From NCBI GenBank assembly GCA_963741945.1, contig CAVUKA010000005.1, positions 480,001 through 544,000 of the forward strand: DNA of 64,000 bases, given 5' to 3'. This DNA comes from an uncultured Gemmatimonadales bacterium (GTDB taxonomy: Bacteria; Gemmatimonadota; Gemmatimonadetes; Longimicrobiales; RSA9). Positions 48,445 through 60,605 of the stretch are shown here, piece by piece. Every line of letters starts with the position of its first letter. Within the stretch, counting starts at the first letter, position 1. Both the position numbers and the translations under genes were made by a program. The notes below the pieces were generated by a model that did no database searches, had not been told where the DNA came from, and saw nothing but the letters and a program-made list of their open reading frames with translations.

Positions 48445-49349
48445 TGACCTGGAGCAGAATGAAGGTGGACGCGATGAGATGGTACAGCGGAATAGCCCTG
48501 GCGGCACTGACGGCGGCATGCGTGGCCCGGCCGGCGAGCGCGCAGGAGTGGCAGGTGGCCCGACAGAGCTTCGCCTTCGCGGGCGCCTCCCTGAAGGTCC
48601 ACGTGGACGTCGACGCCGCAGGATCGATCCAGATCCTGCGCGGCGCACCCGGCTCGGTGCACGTCGCCGCCCGCACGGAGCATGGCTTCACCGACGCCGG
48701 TCTCACGGCCACCGAGCTGCTCACCCTCGCCGCCTCCGGGCCCGGGCCTGTTGACTACATTGTCAGCATCCCACAGGGCGTCTGGGTCTCCCTCCAGCTC
48801 CCGGGACGGGTCATGCCCGAGTCCATCGGCAGCTGGGACAGCGGCGGCACCTTCCAGTGGACTGGACGCGAAGCCCCCGCTGCGCCAGCTGCGAGCGCCG
48901 GCGCCGGCGCAGCGCTCCGGAGCACCCCGGCGGAGGGCGCCTTCGACACACAGCTCTTCACCACCTACACCGCACCCGCCCCCGCACGCACCGTCAGCGT
49001 CGACAACCTGACGGCCGTTCGGAGCATCACCGTCCGGCTCCACGGAAGCGATTTCCGCATCGGCTCCAGTCGGCCCCTGGCCGTGGAGCCCGGAGACCCC
49101 GAACGCATCGAGATTCGACCGGCCGGCGGACCCCTGGACCTCGTCGTCCAGCTGCCCGAGGGCGCCCTCGACTTCACCCTCATGGCCGGTGGCGACGCCG
49201 CCCTGGTGGTCCGCGGCGACCGCGCCGCGCCGCTCTGCTCCCCCTACACGGACCAGCAGTTGTCCGACGGCCAGCGATGGGTCACCTTTACCCCTGCCGA
49301 CGGAACGCTCCGCTGTACCCGCGACCGCACGACACGGCACGAAGGTTGA
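48441..49349 (+). CDS. hypothetical exported protein
   Basis: signal peptide ending ASAQ, beta-rich, start uncertain. Confidence 0.65.
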   Translation: MMTWSRMKVDAMRWYSGIALAALTAACVARPASAQEWQVARQSFAFAGASLKVHVDVDAAGSIQILRGAPGSVHVAARTEHGFTDAGLTATELLTLAASGPGPVDYIVSIPQGVWVSLQLPGRVMPESIGSWDSGGTFQWTGREAPAAPAASAGAGAALRSTPAEGAFDTQLFTTYTAPAPARTVSVDNLTAVRSITVRLHGSDFRIGSSRPLAVEPGDPERIEIRPAGGPLDLVVQLPEGALDFTLMAGGDAALVVRGDRAAPLCSPYTDQQLSDGQRWVTFTPADGTLRCTRDRTTRHEG

Positions 49350-49394
49350 CCCCTTCATTGCCATGACAGTACCCACCCCGCAGAGGAGGCTCTC

Positions 49395-49913
49395 ATAGCC
49401 AGGACCCGCACCCGCGTAAACGACGACATCCGCATCAGCCCCATCCGACTCATCGACCCCGAGGGCGAGCAGCTCGGCATCGTACCGCTGGATCAGGCGC
49501 GACAGAAGGCCACCGAGCTCGGCCTCGACCTCGTGGAGGTCGCACCCCGCGCTCGTCCTCCCGTCGTCCGCATCATGGACTGGGGGAAATACCAGTACGA
49601 GCAGCAGAAAGCGGCCAAGGAAGCCAAGAAGAAGCAGCACACCTACGAGCTCAAGGAAGTGAAGTTCCGACCCAAGACGGACGAACACGACCTGGACTTC
49701 AAGGTGCGCAACGCACGACGCTTCCTGAAGAAGGGCCAGCACGTCCGCATCACCGTCCGCTTCCGCCGCCGCGAGATGCGGCGCCCCGAGAACGGCGCCC
49801 GCGTCCTCGACGAAGTGGCCGAGCGCCTCGACGATGTCGCCACCATCTCCAGTCGCGACCGCGGCCTCCAGGGGCGGGTCATGCAGATGACCCTCGAGCC
49901 CGAGGCCGATTAG
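49395..49913 (+). CDS. infC: translation initiation factor IF-3 with non-canonical ATA start
   Basis: GAGGAGG 5 nt before an in-frame ATA, then RVNDDI...RLID.EGEQLGI, DLVEVAP, KEVKFRPK..EHD. Confidence 0.93.
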   Translation: MARTRTRVNDDIRISPIRLIDPEGEQLGIVPLDQARQKATELGLDLVEVAPRARPPVVRIMDWGKYQYEQQKAAKEAKKKQHTYELKEVKFRPKTDEHDLDFKVRNARRFLKKGQHVRITVRFRRREMRRPENGARVLDEVAERLDDVATISSRDRGLQGRVMQMTLEPEAD

Positions 49914-50063
49914 CCTCCTGGAGCCCCCGGGCCGCGCCGCTTCCAGCCCCCAGCTGAGCGGCGATCAGCGGCGCCACCCTGCGCGGCCGCCACCTCTTCG
50001 CCCCCCCGCATCTTGCGGCCCGGAACCGTTCTCCTTACATTTCAACGCGGATCGAAACAGCCC

Positions 50064-50092
50064 TTGCGCGCAGGGGCACTCGACCCTATATT
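50064..50092 (+). promoter_or_regulatory. putative sigma-70 promoter for the first ECF sigma gene
   Basis: TTGCGC-N17-TATATT. Confidence 0.45.
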
Positions 50093-50219
50093 TCAATGTC
50101 GGTTGAAGGGACGGGCTCGGTTTTTCGCTGGCGGGCGAAGCCGGGCCCACCGCTTTGGCGGTACGGGAATTGACGGGGCGGCGGTCCCCTGGTGTGACTC
50201 AGAGGCGAAGGGGTTGTGA

Positions 50220-50837
50220 ATGGCCATTACGAAGTCTGGAGAGACGAAGCAGGTGTCGCTGTTGGAGATGAGTGACAGCGAGCTGGTCGCGGCTCACCTC
50301 GAGGGTCATCCGCTGGCCTTCTCCGAGCTGTACAACCGGTATCGGGACCGCCTGGTGCACTTCATCGCGCGCAAGACGGGGGACCGGGACCGGGCGGAAG
50401 ACCTGGTGCAGGAGGCGTTCGTGCGCGTCACGCGGCACCTCCACCGTTTCGACCAGTCGAAGAAGTTCTCGACGTGGATCTACACGATCTGCTCGAACCT
50501 GTCGAAGAACGAGCTTCGGAACCGGTCGCGCAGCCCGCTGGTGCTGTTCCAGAAGCTGACCACGCGCTGGGAGCCGGATCACCGGCCGCTCCAGTTCGAG
50601 GATTCGGCGATGAAGCCGGACAAGCTGTACCGGAACCGGTACCTGGAAGAGATCGTGGAGAAGACGGTCTCGGAGCTGCCGGAGCACCATCAGCTGGTTT
50701 TCCGTCTGCGGGAGCTCGAGGGCAAGAGCTACGAGGAGATCGCGGAGATCACGGGTGTGAACCTGGGGACGGTGAAGAGCCGGCTGCACCGGGCGCGCAC
50801 CAGCTTTGCCGAGATGATCGAGCCGCTGCTGAACTAG
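50220..50837 (+). CDS. ECF sigma factor (no adjacent anti-sigma)
   Basis: AEDLVQEAF, KFSTWIYTI, SYEEIAEI...GTVKSRLHRAR. Confidence 0.93.
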   Translation: MAITKSGETKQVSLLEMSDSELVAAHLEGHPLAFSELYNRYRDRLVHFIARKTGDRDRAEDLVQEAFVRVTRHLHRFDQSKKFSTWIYTICSNLSKNELRNRSRSPLVLFQKLTTRWEPDHRPLQFEDSAMKPDKLYRNRYLEEIVEKTVSELPEHHQLVFRLRELEGKSYEEIAEITGVNLGTVKSRLHRARTSFAEMIEPLLN

Positions 50838-50883
50838 CCCGCTGAGCCGCGCTTCGCCCAGGGCCGCGCTCCTGCGTCCCATC

Positions 50884-50917
50884 GAACCCGTCCGGGCCAC
50901 CCCGCCCGGACGGGTTC
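50884..50917 (+). terminator. hairpin between the two ECF genes
   Basis: 14-bp stem gaacccgtccgggc / gcccggacgggttc. Confidence 0.65.
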
Positions 50918-51106
50918 CTGGTTTCACGCCGTGGTTTCGCTCCGGTTCTTCGTGCGCTTCGCGATCGCCGTGATCTCCATGACACGGTGCGCTCCGTTGC
51001 TGTCCTCGGCGGGAATCGAGGGACCCTGACGTTCTTCATCCCGGAGCCAGGCCTTTCCATCTATCTTTCCAACCATTCCGGGCCTCGCCCTATCTCACAC
51101 AACGGA

Positions 51107-51649
51107 ATGACTGAAACGGCCGAGATGCTCCGAACAACGGACGCCGACGACGTCGAGCTCGCGATCGCGGGGGACACCCGCGCGTTCGAGCGGCTGTACC
51201 GGCAGCACGTGGGACGAATCCATGGCCTGGCGGGGCGGATGGTCGGGAACGGACTGGCGGACGACGTGACGCAGGACGTTTTCGTTCGGGCCTGGGAGAA
51301 GCTGGAGCTGTTCGGTGGCCGGTCTTCGTTCGGGACGTGGCTGTACCGGCTCGCGATCAACGTCTGCCTGGCGCGGCGCACGAAGGCGGGCAAGCGGCGG
51401 GAGCGGTTCCTCCCGGACGAGCTGGCGCTGCAGCGGGCGACGGCACCCCCGTCGCACCCGGAGCACCGGCTGGATCTGGAGCGGGCAATGGATCGTCTGC
51501 CGGCCGGCATGAGGGAGGTGTTCGTGCTGCATGATGTGGAAGGGTTCAAGCACCGGGAGATCGGGGACATGCTGGGGATATCCGCCGGGACGTCGAAGTC
51601 GCAGCTGCATGAAGCGCGAATGGCGCTCCGGTCGCACCTGAGGGCCTGA
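51107..51649 (+). CDS. ECF sigma factor
   Basis: ADDVTQDVF, FGTWLYRLAIN, VLHDVEG..HREI...GTSKSQLH.AR. Confidence 0.93.
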   Translation: MTETAEMLRTTDADDVELAIAGDTRAFERLYRQHVGRIHGLAGRMVGNGLADDVTQDVFVRAWEKLELFGGRSSFGTWLYRLAINVCLARRTKAGKRRERFLPDELALQRATAPPSHPEHRLDLERAMDRLPAGMREVFVLHDVEGFKHREIGDMLGISAGTSKSQLHEARMALRSHLRA

Positions 51650-51650
51650 G

Positions 51651-52334
51651 ATGATGACACGTGACGGCTGGACGGATCGCCTGTCCGAGTACATCGACGG
51701 CGAGCTGGTGGGCGAGGACCTCGAGGCCATGGAAGCCCACATCCTGGAATGCGGGGAGTGCGCGGCCACGGTGGACGAGCTGCGCGCCGTCGTGACCGCG
51801 GCGGGCACGCTGCCCGACTGCATCCCGGAGCGGGACCTCTGGCCGGGCATCGAGCAGCGGCTGACCCCGCGGGGCGCGCTCCGCCACCGGGAGCAGCCCG
51901 GCGTGGTCCCGCTCGAGTCGAGACGGCGGCGCGTGGTGTTCACGTTGCCGCAGCTGGCGGCAGCCGTGCTGGCGGTGGCGCTCCTCTCGGCGAGCGGCGT
52001 CTGGGCCGCCCTCCGCACGGCCGTGCCGGCGCCCGCGACCGGCGCCGTGGCGGCAGCGCCGGGGACCGGTGCGGCCGCGGCCACGCCCGTGTCGTTCACC
52101 ACGGCGTACGATCGGGCGGTCACCGAGCTGGAGGCGGAGTTCCAGCGTCGACGGACGGAGCTCGACCCCGAAACGATCATCGTGGTGGAGCGGAACCTCC
52201 AGATCATCGATGCGGCCATCGCGGAGGCGCGTGGTGCATTGCAGGCGGATCCGTCGAGCGCGTTCCTGAACGAGCATCTGGCCGAGACGATGCGGCGAAA
52301 GATGGACCTGCTCCGGCAGGCGGCGAGCATCTGA
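51651..52334 (+). CDS. zinc-finger (ZAS) transmembrane anti-sigma factor
   Basis: LSEYIDGEL, HxxxCxxC (HILECGEC), single TM. Confidence 0.9.
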   Translation: MMTRDGWTDRLSEYIDGELVGEDLEAMEAHILECGECAATVDELRAVVTAAGTLPDCIPERDLWPGIEQRLTPRGALRHREQPGVVPLESRRRRVVFTLPQLAAAVLAVALLSASGVWAALRTAVPAPATGAVAAAPGTGAAAATPVSFTTAYDRAVTELEAEFQRRRTELDPETIIVVERNLQIIDAAIAEARGALQADPSSAFLNEHLAETMRRKMDLLRQAASI

Positions 52335-52355
52335 GCACAAAGGCGGGATAGAGAC

Positions 52356-53201
52356 ATGCTGACGGCATTCTTGGCGGCGCTTCTGGCGCTGGGCAGTACG
52401 CAACCGGTGGCTCAGGACACGACCCTGCGTGTGTCCCGGGGCATGCGCCTGGAAGTGGGCGAGATCCGCGGCGAGGTGGTGATCTCGACGTGGAACCGCG
52501 ACGCGGTGGGCGTGACCGGGGCCGAAAGCCGCGGTGCGCTGGAAATGACTCTGTCCAGCTCGGCGGTGCGGCTCCGCCCCGGCTCCCGGGCGGGTCGGAA
52601 TGAGCTGGATCTCCGCATCACCGTTCCGGAGTGGATGAACGTGCGGGTGCAGGGCAACCGCCTCGATGTCAGCGTGCGGGGCACGCGCGGCGAGATTTCC
52701 GTCGAGACGGTGGGCGGGGACGTGCAGGTGGACGGCGGAGCGGGGCTCGTGAGCGTCCGGAGCATCCAGGGCGACGTGGGCGTGAGCCACGCCCGGGGGC
52801 GGATCGAGGCCATCTCCGTGAACAAGGACATCACGCTGGACAAGGTGGAGGGCGACATCTACGTCGAGACCACGAACGGCGACATCGACATGACGGGCGT
52901 CCGATCCGGCAGCGTGCGGGCCACCACGGTGAACGGTGAGATCGGGTACCGCGGCACGATCCAGGATGATGGGCGCTACGTCTTCTCCACCCACAACGGG
53001 GATGTGTCCGTCGCCGTCCCGGAGAACGCAAACGCCACTGTCATGGTGGCCACGTACCAGGGCGACTTCGAGAGCGAGTTCCCGATTCGCCTGAGCGGCA
53101 CTTCGAGGGACCGGCAGTTCAGCTTCACGCTCGGGTCGGGCAGCGCCCGGATCGAGCTGGAATCATTCAACGGTGAAATCCGGCTGACGCGCCCCCGCTG
53201 A
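52356..53201 (+). CDS. DUF4097 beta-strand-repeat exported protein
   Basis: repeated T.NG.I / S..GDV motifs and a signal peptide. Confidence 0.85.
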   Translation: MLTAFLAALLALGSTQPVAQDTTLRVSRGMRLEVGEIRGEVVISTWNRDAVGVTGAESRGALEMTLSSSAVRLRPGSRAGRNELDLRITVPEWMNVRVQGNRLDVSVRGTRGEISVETVGGDVQVDGGAGLVSVRSIQGDVGVSHARGRIEAISVNKDITLDKVEGDIYVETTNGDIDMTGVRSGSVRATTVNGEIGYRGTIQDDGRYVFSTHNGDVSVAVPENANATVMVATYQGDFESEFPIRLSGTSRDRQFSFTLGSGSARIELESFNGEIRLTRPR

Positions 53202-53229
53202 GGGAGCGCGGAGCAGGGAGGGCAAGACC

Positions 53230-54009
53230 ATGAAGAGAACCATACTCCTCACCGCCGCCTTGCTGGCGGCCAGCAGTGCGGCGGCCGCCGCCCAGTCCCC
53301 GGACTTCCGCTGGGACGGGAAGCTCGCGGCGGGCAAGACGCTGGAGATCCGCGGCGTCAACGGTGACATCCGGGCGCAGGCCAGCGACGATGACGCCGTC
53401 CACGTGCTGGCCGATCGCCACGGCCGCCGCGACGATCCCTCGAGCGTGCGAATCGAAGTGGTCGAGCACGGCGATGGCGTGACCATCTGCGCCGTCTACC
53501 CGACCCCGCGGGGAGCGCGTCGGGAGAACGAGTGCCGGCCGGGCGGTGGCAGCAACAACGTGCAGCGGAACGACGTGAAGGTGGACTTCACCGTGCAGGT
53601 CCCCCGCGGCGTGCGGCTCACGAGCGTCACCGTGAACGGGGACGTGGAGGCCAGCGGTATCCAGGCGGATGTGAATGCGAGCACCGTCAACGGCAGCGTG
53701 GACGTGCAGACCACGGGGTTCGCTGAAGCCAGCTCGGTCAATGGCGACATCACCTGCCGCATCGGCCGGAGCCAGCTGTCCGGGGACGTGGAGTTCCAGA
53801 CCGTGAACGGGAGCATCACCATCGAGATGCCGGGTGATCTCAATGCCGAATTCCACGCCACTACCGTGAACGGAGGCATCGATTCGGACTTCCCGATCAC
53901 CGTGAGCGGAAAGATGAACCCGCGCAGCGTCCGCGGCCGCATCGGCGATGGCGGGCCCGAGCTCCGGCTGGCCACCGTGAACGGCAGCATCCGGCTCCGG
54001 AAGATCTGA
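53230..54009 (+). CDS. DUF4097 beta-strand-repeat exported protein
   Basis: multiple TVNG repeats and a signal peptide. Confidence 0.88.
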   Translation: MKRTILLTAALLAASSAAAAAQSPDFRWDGKLAAGKTLEIRGVNGDIRAQASDDDAVHVLADRHGRRDDPSSVRIEVVEHGDGVTICAVYPTPRGARRENECRPGGGSNNVQRNDVKVDFTVQVPRGVRLTSVTVNGDVEASGIQADVNASTVNGSVDVQTTGFAEASSVNGDITCRIGRSQLSGDVEFQTVNGSITIEMPGDLNAEFHATTVNGGIDSDFPITVSGKMNPRSVRGRIGDGGPELRLATVNGSIRLRKI

Positions 54010-54029
54010 GTCGGCTCCGCCGAAGGGGG

Positions 54030-54065
54030 GGAGCCCCGCGCCGCTTCGAAGCGGCGCGGGGCTCC
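54030..54065. terminator. perfect 36-bp palindrome / bidirectional terminator
   Basis: ggagccccgcgccgcttcgaagcggcgcggggctcc followed by tcttt. Confidence 0.8.
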
Positions 54066-54100
54066 TCTTTCCGTTCAACCCCGGGCTCGCGCCCGGCGGA

Positions 54101-54997
54101 TCAGCCCGCCAGCACCTTCCCCGCGTAGCCGTTGTCCGGGTTGCCTCCGCGCTTCAGGATCCGGTCCACCGTTCCCGGCCCGCGATTGTACGCAGTCAGC
54201 GCCGTCTCCACATCGCCCTTGTAACGGTCAATGAGCTTCCTGAGGTACTTGAACCCCACGTCCAGGTTCGTGGCCGGATCGTACAGGTCCTTCGCCGAAA
54301 CCTGCGGGTCGAGCCAGCGCGCGGTGCGCGGGAGGACCTGCGTCAGCCCCCGCGCGCCCACGTTGCTCACGGCCCGCTCACGGAACGTGCTCTCGGTGAA
54401 CACGAGCCCGTAGGCCACGTCCGGTTCGATCTCGTGGCGCGTCGCCGCGTCGTAGATCTGTTGCGCCAGGCCGGTGTCGATGTTGTAGCGCATCACCGCG
54501 CCCCCGATCGTCTGCTCGCGGATCGCGGCCGCATTCGCTTCCGACCATGCCCTGGACACGCTCGTGTCCAGGTCCTTCTCCGGCGCCGCCTGCTGGCTCG
54601 CCTCCTCCGGCTGCCCCGTGCGAGGCGCGTCGGAACTCACGCCCGCGTTGATCAGCGGCGCGGCAGCCCCCGCCAGCGTCAGCCCGATCAGAGGCTTCTG
54701 GAACCGGCGCACCAGCATGCGGCTCCGCCCCAGCAGGGATTCCCTCGCCGACGTCGACAGGACATCGGACTTGCGACGACCCCAGCGGCGCCGACGCTCC
54801 GTCTCCGCCGGCTGCTCGCCGCCGCCGCCCTCGCCGCCCTCGCCCGACGCGAACGCGCGCCGATCGCCCGCGCGACGCCGCTCGAACGGGCCCCGCTCGA
54901 TCTCCGTCGCCTCCCAGGCGTGGTCCCCCACCCGGTCACTCGGGAACGGCCCGGTCGATCCGTGCTGTCGTCGATCGTTCTGTTCCGCCACGCCCAT
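54101..54997 (-). CDS. SLT-domain lytic transglycosylase with Arg-rich N-terminal extension
   Basis: TESTF, GARGLTQV, NL.VG..YL, AYNRGPG. Confidence 0.9.
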   Translation of the reverse strand: MGVAEQNDRRQHGSTGPFPSDRVGDHAWEATEIERGPFERRRAGDRRAFASGEGGEGGGGEQPAETERRRRWGRRKSDVLSTSARESLLGRSRMLVRRFQKPLIGLTLAGAAAPLINAGVSSDAPRTGQPEEASQQAAPEKDLDTSVSRAWSEANAAAIREQTIGGAVMRYNIDTGLAQQIYDAATRHEIEPDVAYGLVFTESTFRERAVSNVGARGLTQVLPRTARWLDPQVSAKDLYDPATNLDVGFKYLRKLIDRYKGDVETALTAYNRGPGTVDRILKRGGNPDNGYAGKVLAG

Positions 54998-55045
54998 GTG
55001 TGGCCCCCCGGTATATGTAACCTCAATAAATCCAACACTTTAGGG

Positions 55046-55061
55046 TGCATCACCCGTGCCA
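55046..55061 (-). promoter_or_regulatory. sigma-54 promoter upstream of the SLT gene
   Basis: TGGCACG-GGTG-ATGCA, one mismatch to consensus, about 50 nt upstream of the ATG. Confidence 0.65.
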
Positions 55062-55113
55062 CGCGCCCGCCTCCCGCTTGGCTGGGACCCGGCGGACCGT
55101 ATCTTCAGGGATC

Positions 55114-57744
<2,631 letters not shown>

Positions 57745-57755
57745 GTCCGAAGCGC

Positions 57756-58685
57756 CTACGGCTCGCGTCCCGCCGAGTCGGGCGGAGGGCGCAGGGGATC
57801 GCATGCCACGATATCCAGCAGCGCCGGAAGTGGCCCCTGGGACTCGCTGGTCAGGAGCAGGCGACCTGCGTCCACGAACGTCACGCCCTCACCCTGCAGC
57901 TGCGACGGCGCCACCACGTCGGCCTCGCGGCCCACGGGCGCCAGGGTGTCCCCCTGCAGCCTGAAGAACCGGATGGAGCCGTACGTCCGGACGGCCACCC
58001 GCCGGGTACCGGCATCGAACGCCGCGCCGGTCACCTGCGCCGATACGCTCGTGGGCGGTGGCGCCAGCTCCTGCACCGGCTCTGCCGTGCGCACCCGCGC
58101 CGCGGGGAACGGCGGCTTCAGCCGGTACATTTCGATGGCGCTGCTCCGGCCCTTGCTGATCACGTAGATCGCGCTGTCGGCCACGAACATCGCTTCGGCG
58201 TCGCGAGGCCTATCGGGATAGCGGAACCGGATGACCGTGGCGGGCGCGCTCACCGAGTCCGTGCGCGGGTCCGGTTCGGGGATCCGGTAGATCATGGAGG
58301 TGTCGTGGTGCTCGTTGTTGTCCCCGGTCTCGGCGATGTAGAGGCAGCTGCCCGCCCCCCCACCGTTGCACGGCGCCACCGCCACGTCCTCCCAGTCCCG
58401 GTTGGTGGCGCGCCGGACGGCGACCACTCCAACCACCTGGCCAGCCTGGTTGACGGCGTACACCACCGGCTGGCCGCCCGAGTCGTTGTGCGTCCAGTAG
58501 ACCCCCGGCGCCACGCTGCTCGCGGCCGCGCCACTGCTCTCGCTCAGCGCCGCGGGAAGCGGGACTTCGACTTCCGGGGCGGAGCACACGCCGTTCCCCG
58601 GTGGAACCGCCGTCTCCCCCGGCGTGCACCCCGCCAGCACCACGACCAGCGCCGATCCGCGCCGCCACCGCCGACCTCGTCTCAC
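57756..58685 (-). CDS. hypothetical beta-propeller lipoprotein
   Basis: lipobox LAGC, ESSG, WTHNDSG, DWED, GDN, YPD.PRDAEA, QGEGV. Confidence 0.78.
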   Translation of the reverse strand: MRRGRRWRRGSALVVVLAGCTPGETAVPPGNGVCSAPEVEVPLPAALSESSGAAASSVAPGVYWTHNDSGGQPVVYAVNQAGQVVGVVAVRRATNRDWEDVAVAPCNGGGAGSCLYIAETGDNNEHHDTSMIYRIPEPDPRTDSVSAPATVIRFRYPDRPRDAEAMFVADSAIYVISKGRSSAIEMYRLKPPFPAARVRTAEPVQELAPPPTSVSAQVTGAAFDAGTRRVAVRTYGSIRFFRLQGDTLAPVGREADVVAPSQLQGEGVTFVDAGRLLLTSESQGPLPALLDIVACDPLRPPPDSAGREP

Positions 58686-59992
58686 GTACCCTCCCTGTCG
58701 CTGTCCCGCGTCGCCCACTGCGGCGGCGGAACCGGCTGAACCTGCGATCGGTTGTACGCCGGGAACACCGCCTCGCGCAACGATGGCTGCGCGAGCTCCG
58801 CGTTCACGGCGAGCAGCAGGCGCGTCGACCATTTCCGCATCTCGCGGGCGGGCACCAGGTACCGGACCACGAGGTCCGTCCACGAGTCCCGCGCGCTGAC
58901 GTACACGGCCGGCCGCGTCGCCACGTCCCATGCCAGCCGGGCCCGCTCGAGGAGCGCGGCGTACTCCTGGGCGGCGGCCTCCATGCGCTCCCCGACTTCA
59001 CGATCGGCCACGCGCTGCACTGCGGCCATGGCCAGCCCCAGGTCGCTCTCGTTCGCCACGCTCACCGTCAGCTCGTCCCACACGTACGGGAAGTCGCGCG
59101 TGTAGTTGACCACGTTCGATCGCAGGATCTCCGAGTTCGGGAACGTGATCAGCGCGCCCGTGGACTGCGCCGCCTGCACGCTCTTCTGCGGGCCGCCGGC
59201 TTCGAACACGGTGGTCGTGAGGAAATCGATGCGCGCCACATCGCCGAACACGTCGCCCACGGCCACACGGTCGCCGATCCGGTAGTAGGAACGGAAGGAG
59301 TTGAGCAGCCAGCCGGTGAAGCTCTCGATCGGACCCTGGAGCGCCCACGAGAGCGCCAGCCCGAAAAGCCCCACCGACCCCACCAGCGCGCGGGCGTCCC
59401 CGGCCACGATGCTCAGCGCGGCGCCGAGCGCGACCAGCCAGATGCCAATGGACACGAGGGCCGCCGTGGCCTGCGCCCGCTCCCAGCTGGCGAGCACCCG
59501 CCGCAGCACCATGCCCACCAGCTTCGCCAGCAGGCCGGCCGCCAGGAGGACGAGCAGCGCGATGCCGAGGGCGGGCAGCAGGTTGTAGGTCGTGCGCCCC
59601 AGCGCGCGCAGCGTGCCCGTGGCCCGCCGCGCCGACTCCGCAGGGGCGCGGGTCGGGACGGTGTCGCCGCCCATGGACGTATCGGACTGGGCCGCGCCGC
59701 CTCCCGACCCGGCCACGCTCAGGCCCGCGACAGCGGCGAGGGGCGATGCCCCCGCCTCCGACTCTCCGGGAACGGCACCGGGAGTGCCGACCAGCAGGAG
59801 CGTGAGCGCGGTGACGCCCAGGGCCAGCTTCGACGCGCGGCGGAACGGCGCCAGGCGGCGACCTGCCTCGCGCCTCGCCGTCCCGGCCGACACCGTGCGG
59901 CGCAGCCGCCTCGCCGGACCGCGGCCGGCGCCTCCGGGTGGCCGTGTCCCGACCGGGCGCCGCCGCACCCCGCGCCTCCCTGCCACCCGCAC
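58682..59992 (-). CDS. mscS: small-conductance mechanosensitive channel family protein
   Basis: TM segments, LALSWALQ, YRIGDRV.VG...GDV..I, FPNS, VVNYT. Start uncertain. Confidence 0.85.
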   Translation of the reverse strand: MRVAGRRGVRRRPVGTRPPGGAGRGPARRLRRTVSAGTARREAGRRLAPFRRASKLALGVTALTLLLVGTPGAVPGESEAGASPLAAVAGLSVAGSGGGAAQSDTSMGGDTVPTRAPAESARRATGTLRALGRTTYNLLPALGIALLVLLAAGLLAKLVGMVLRRVLASWERAQATAALVSIGIWLVALGAALSIVAGDARALVGSVGLFGLALSWALQGPIESFTGWLLNSFRSYYRIGDRVAVGDVFGDVARIDFLTTTVFEAGGPQKSVQAAQSTGALITFPNSEILRSNVVNYTRDFPYVWDELTVSVANESDLGLAMAAVQRVADREVGERMEAAAQEYAALLERARLAWDVATRPAVYVSARDSWTDLVVRYLVPAREMRKWSTRLLLAVNAELAQPSLREAVFPAYNRSQVQPVPPPQWATRDSDREGT

Positions 59993-59995
59993 GAC

Positions 59996-60493
59996 TCAGC
60001 CGGGGGTGTAGTCGAACTTGGCCAGGACGCGGATGTCCTTCACCGTGTTCGTGACCGGACAGTCCGTCTTCCCCTGGAGACGCCCCGTGCCGCCCTCGTT
60101 CAGTGCCGCCGTGACCGTGATCCGGCACGAAGTGAGCGGGCGGTACGTCGAGCCATCCGGGGCCGTGAATGCGAAGTCCACGCCGTCATCGCTGGTGGTG
60201 AACACGCCCATGGTTCGCGTGTCCGGCAGCACCACCTGGAGCGCTGCCGTGGTGGACTCCTGGATGTAGGTGAACCGGGGTGCCGGCGCGGGGACCAGCA
60301 GCGGGAAGAAGTACTCGCTCGTGGATGTCAGCACCACGGTGCCGAAGCCGTTGTCCAGGTCCTTCGTGACCGCGATGCCCGCGTGGTTACGAGGAGGATC
60401 GAGGAGATCGTCCAGCTTGACCTCCGTCGGACCCGTCGACGGATCGCATGCCGCCAGCGCGAGCGCGGCCAGAATCGGGAATAGTCTTCGCAT
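59996..60493 (-). CDS. hypothetical lipoprotein
   Basis: MRRLFPILAALALAAC lipobox. Confidence 0.75.
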   Translation of the reverse strand: MRRLFPILAALALAACDPSTGPTEVKLDDLLDPPRNHAGIAVTKDLDNGFGTVVLTSTSEYFFPLLVPAPAPRFTYIQESTTAALQVVLPDTRTMGVFTTSDDGVDFAFTAPDGSTYRPLTSCRITVTAALNEGGTGRLQGKTDCPVTNTVKDIRVLAKFDYTPG

Positions 60494-60605
60494 CGGACCT
60501 GTCCATGTGGCGTCCATTCGCGTGGCAAGATAACACGTCGGCCGCTTGACGGCCCCGCCGGCGCGTCCACCTTGTCCATGCGACAGCACACCCGAAGCGA
60601 GGCTC

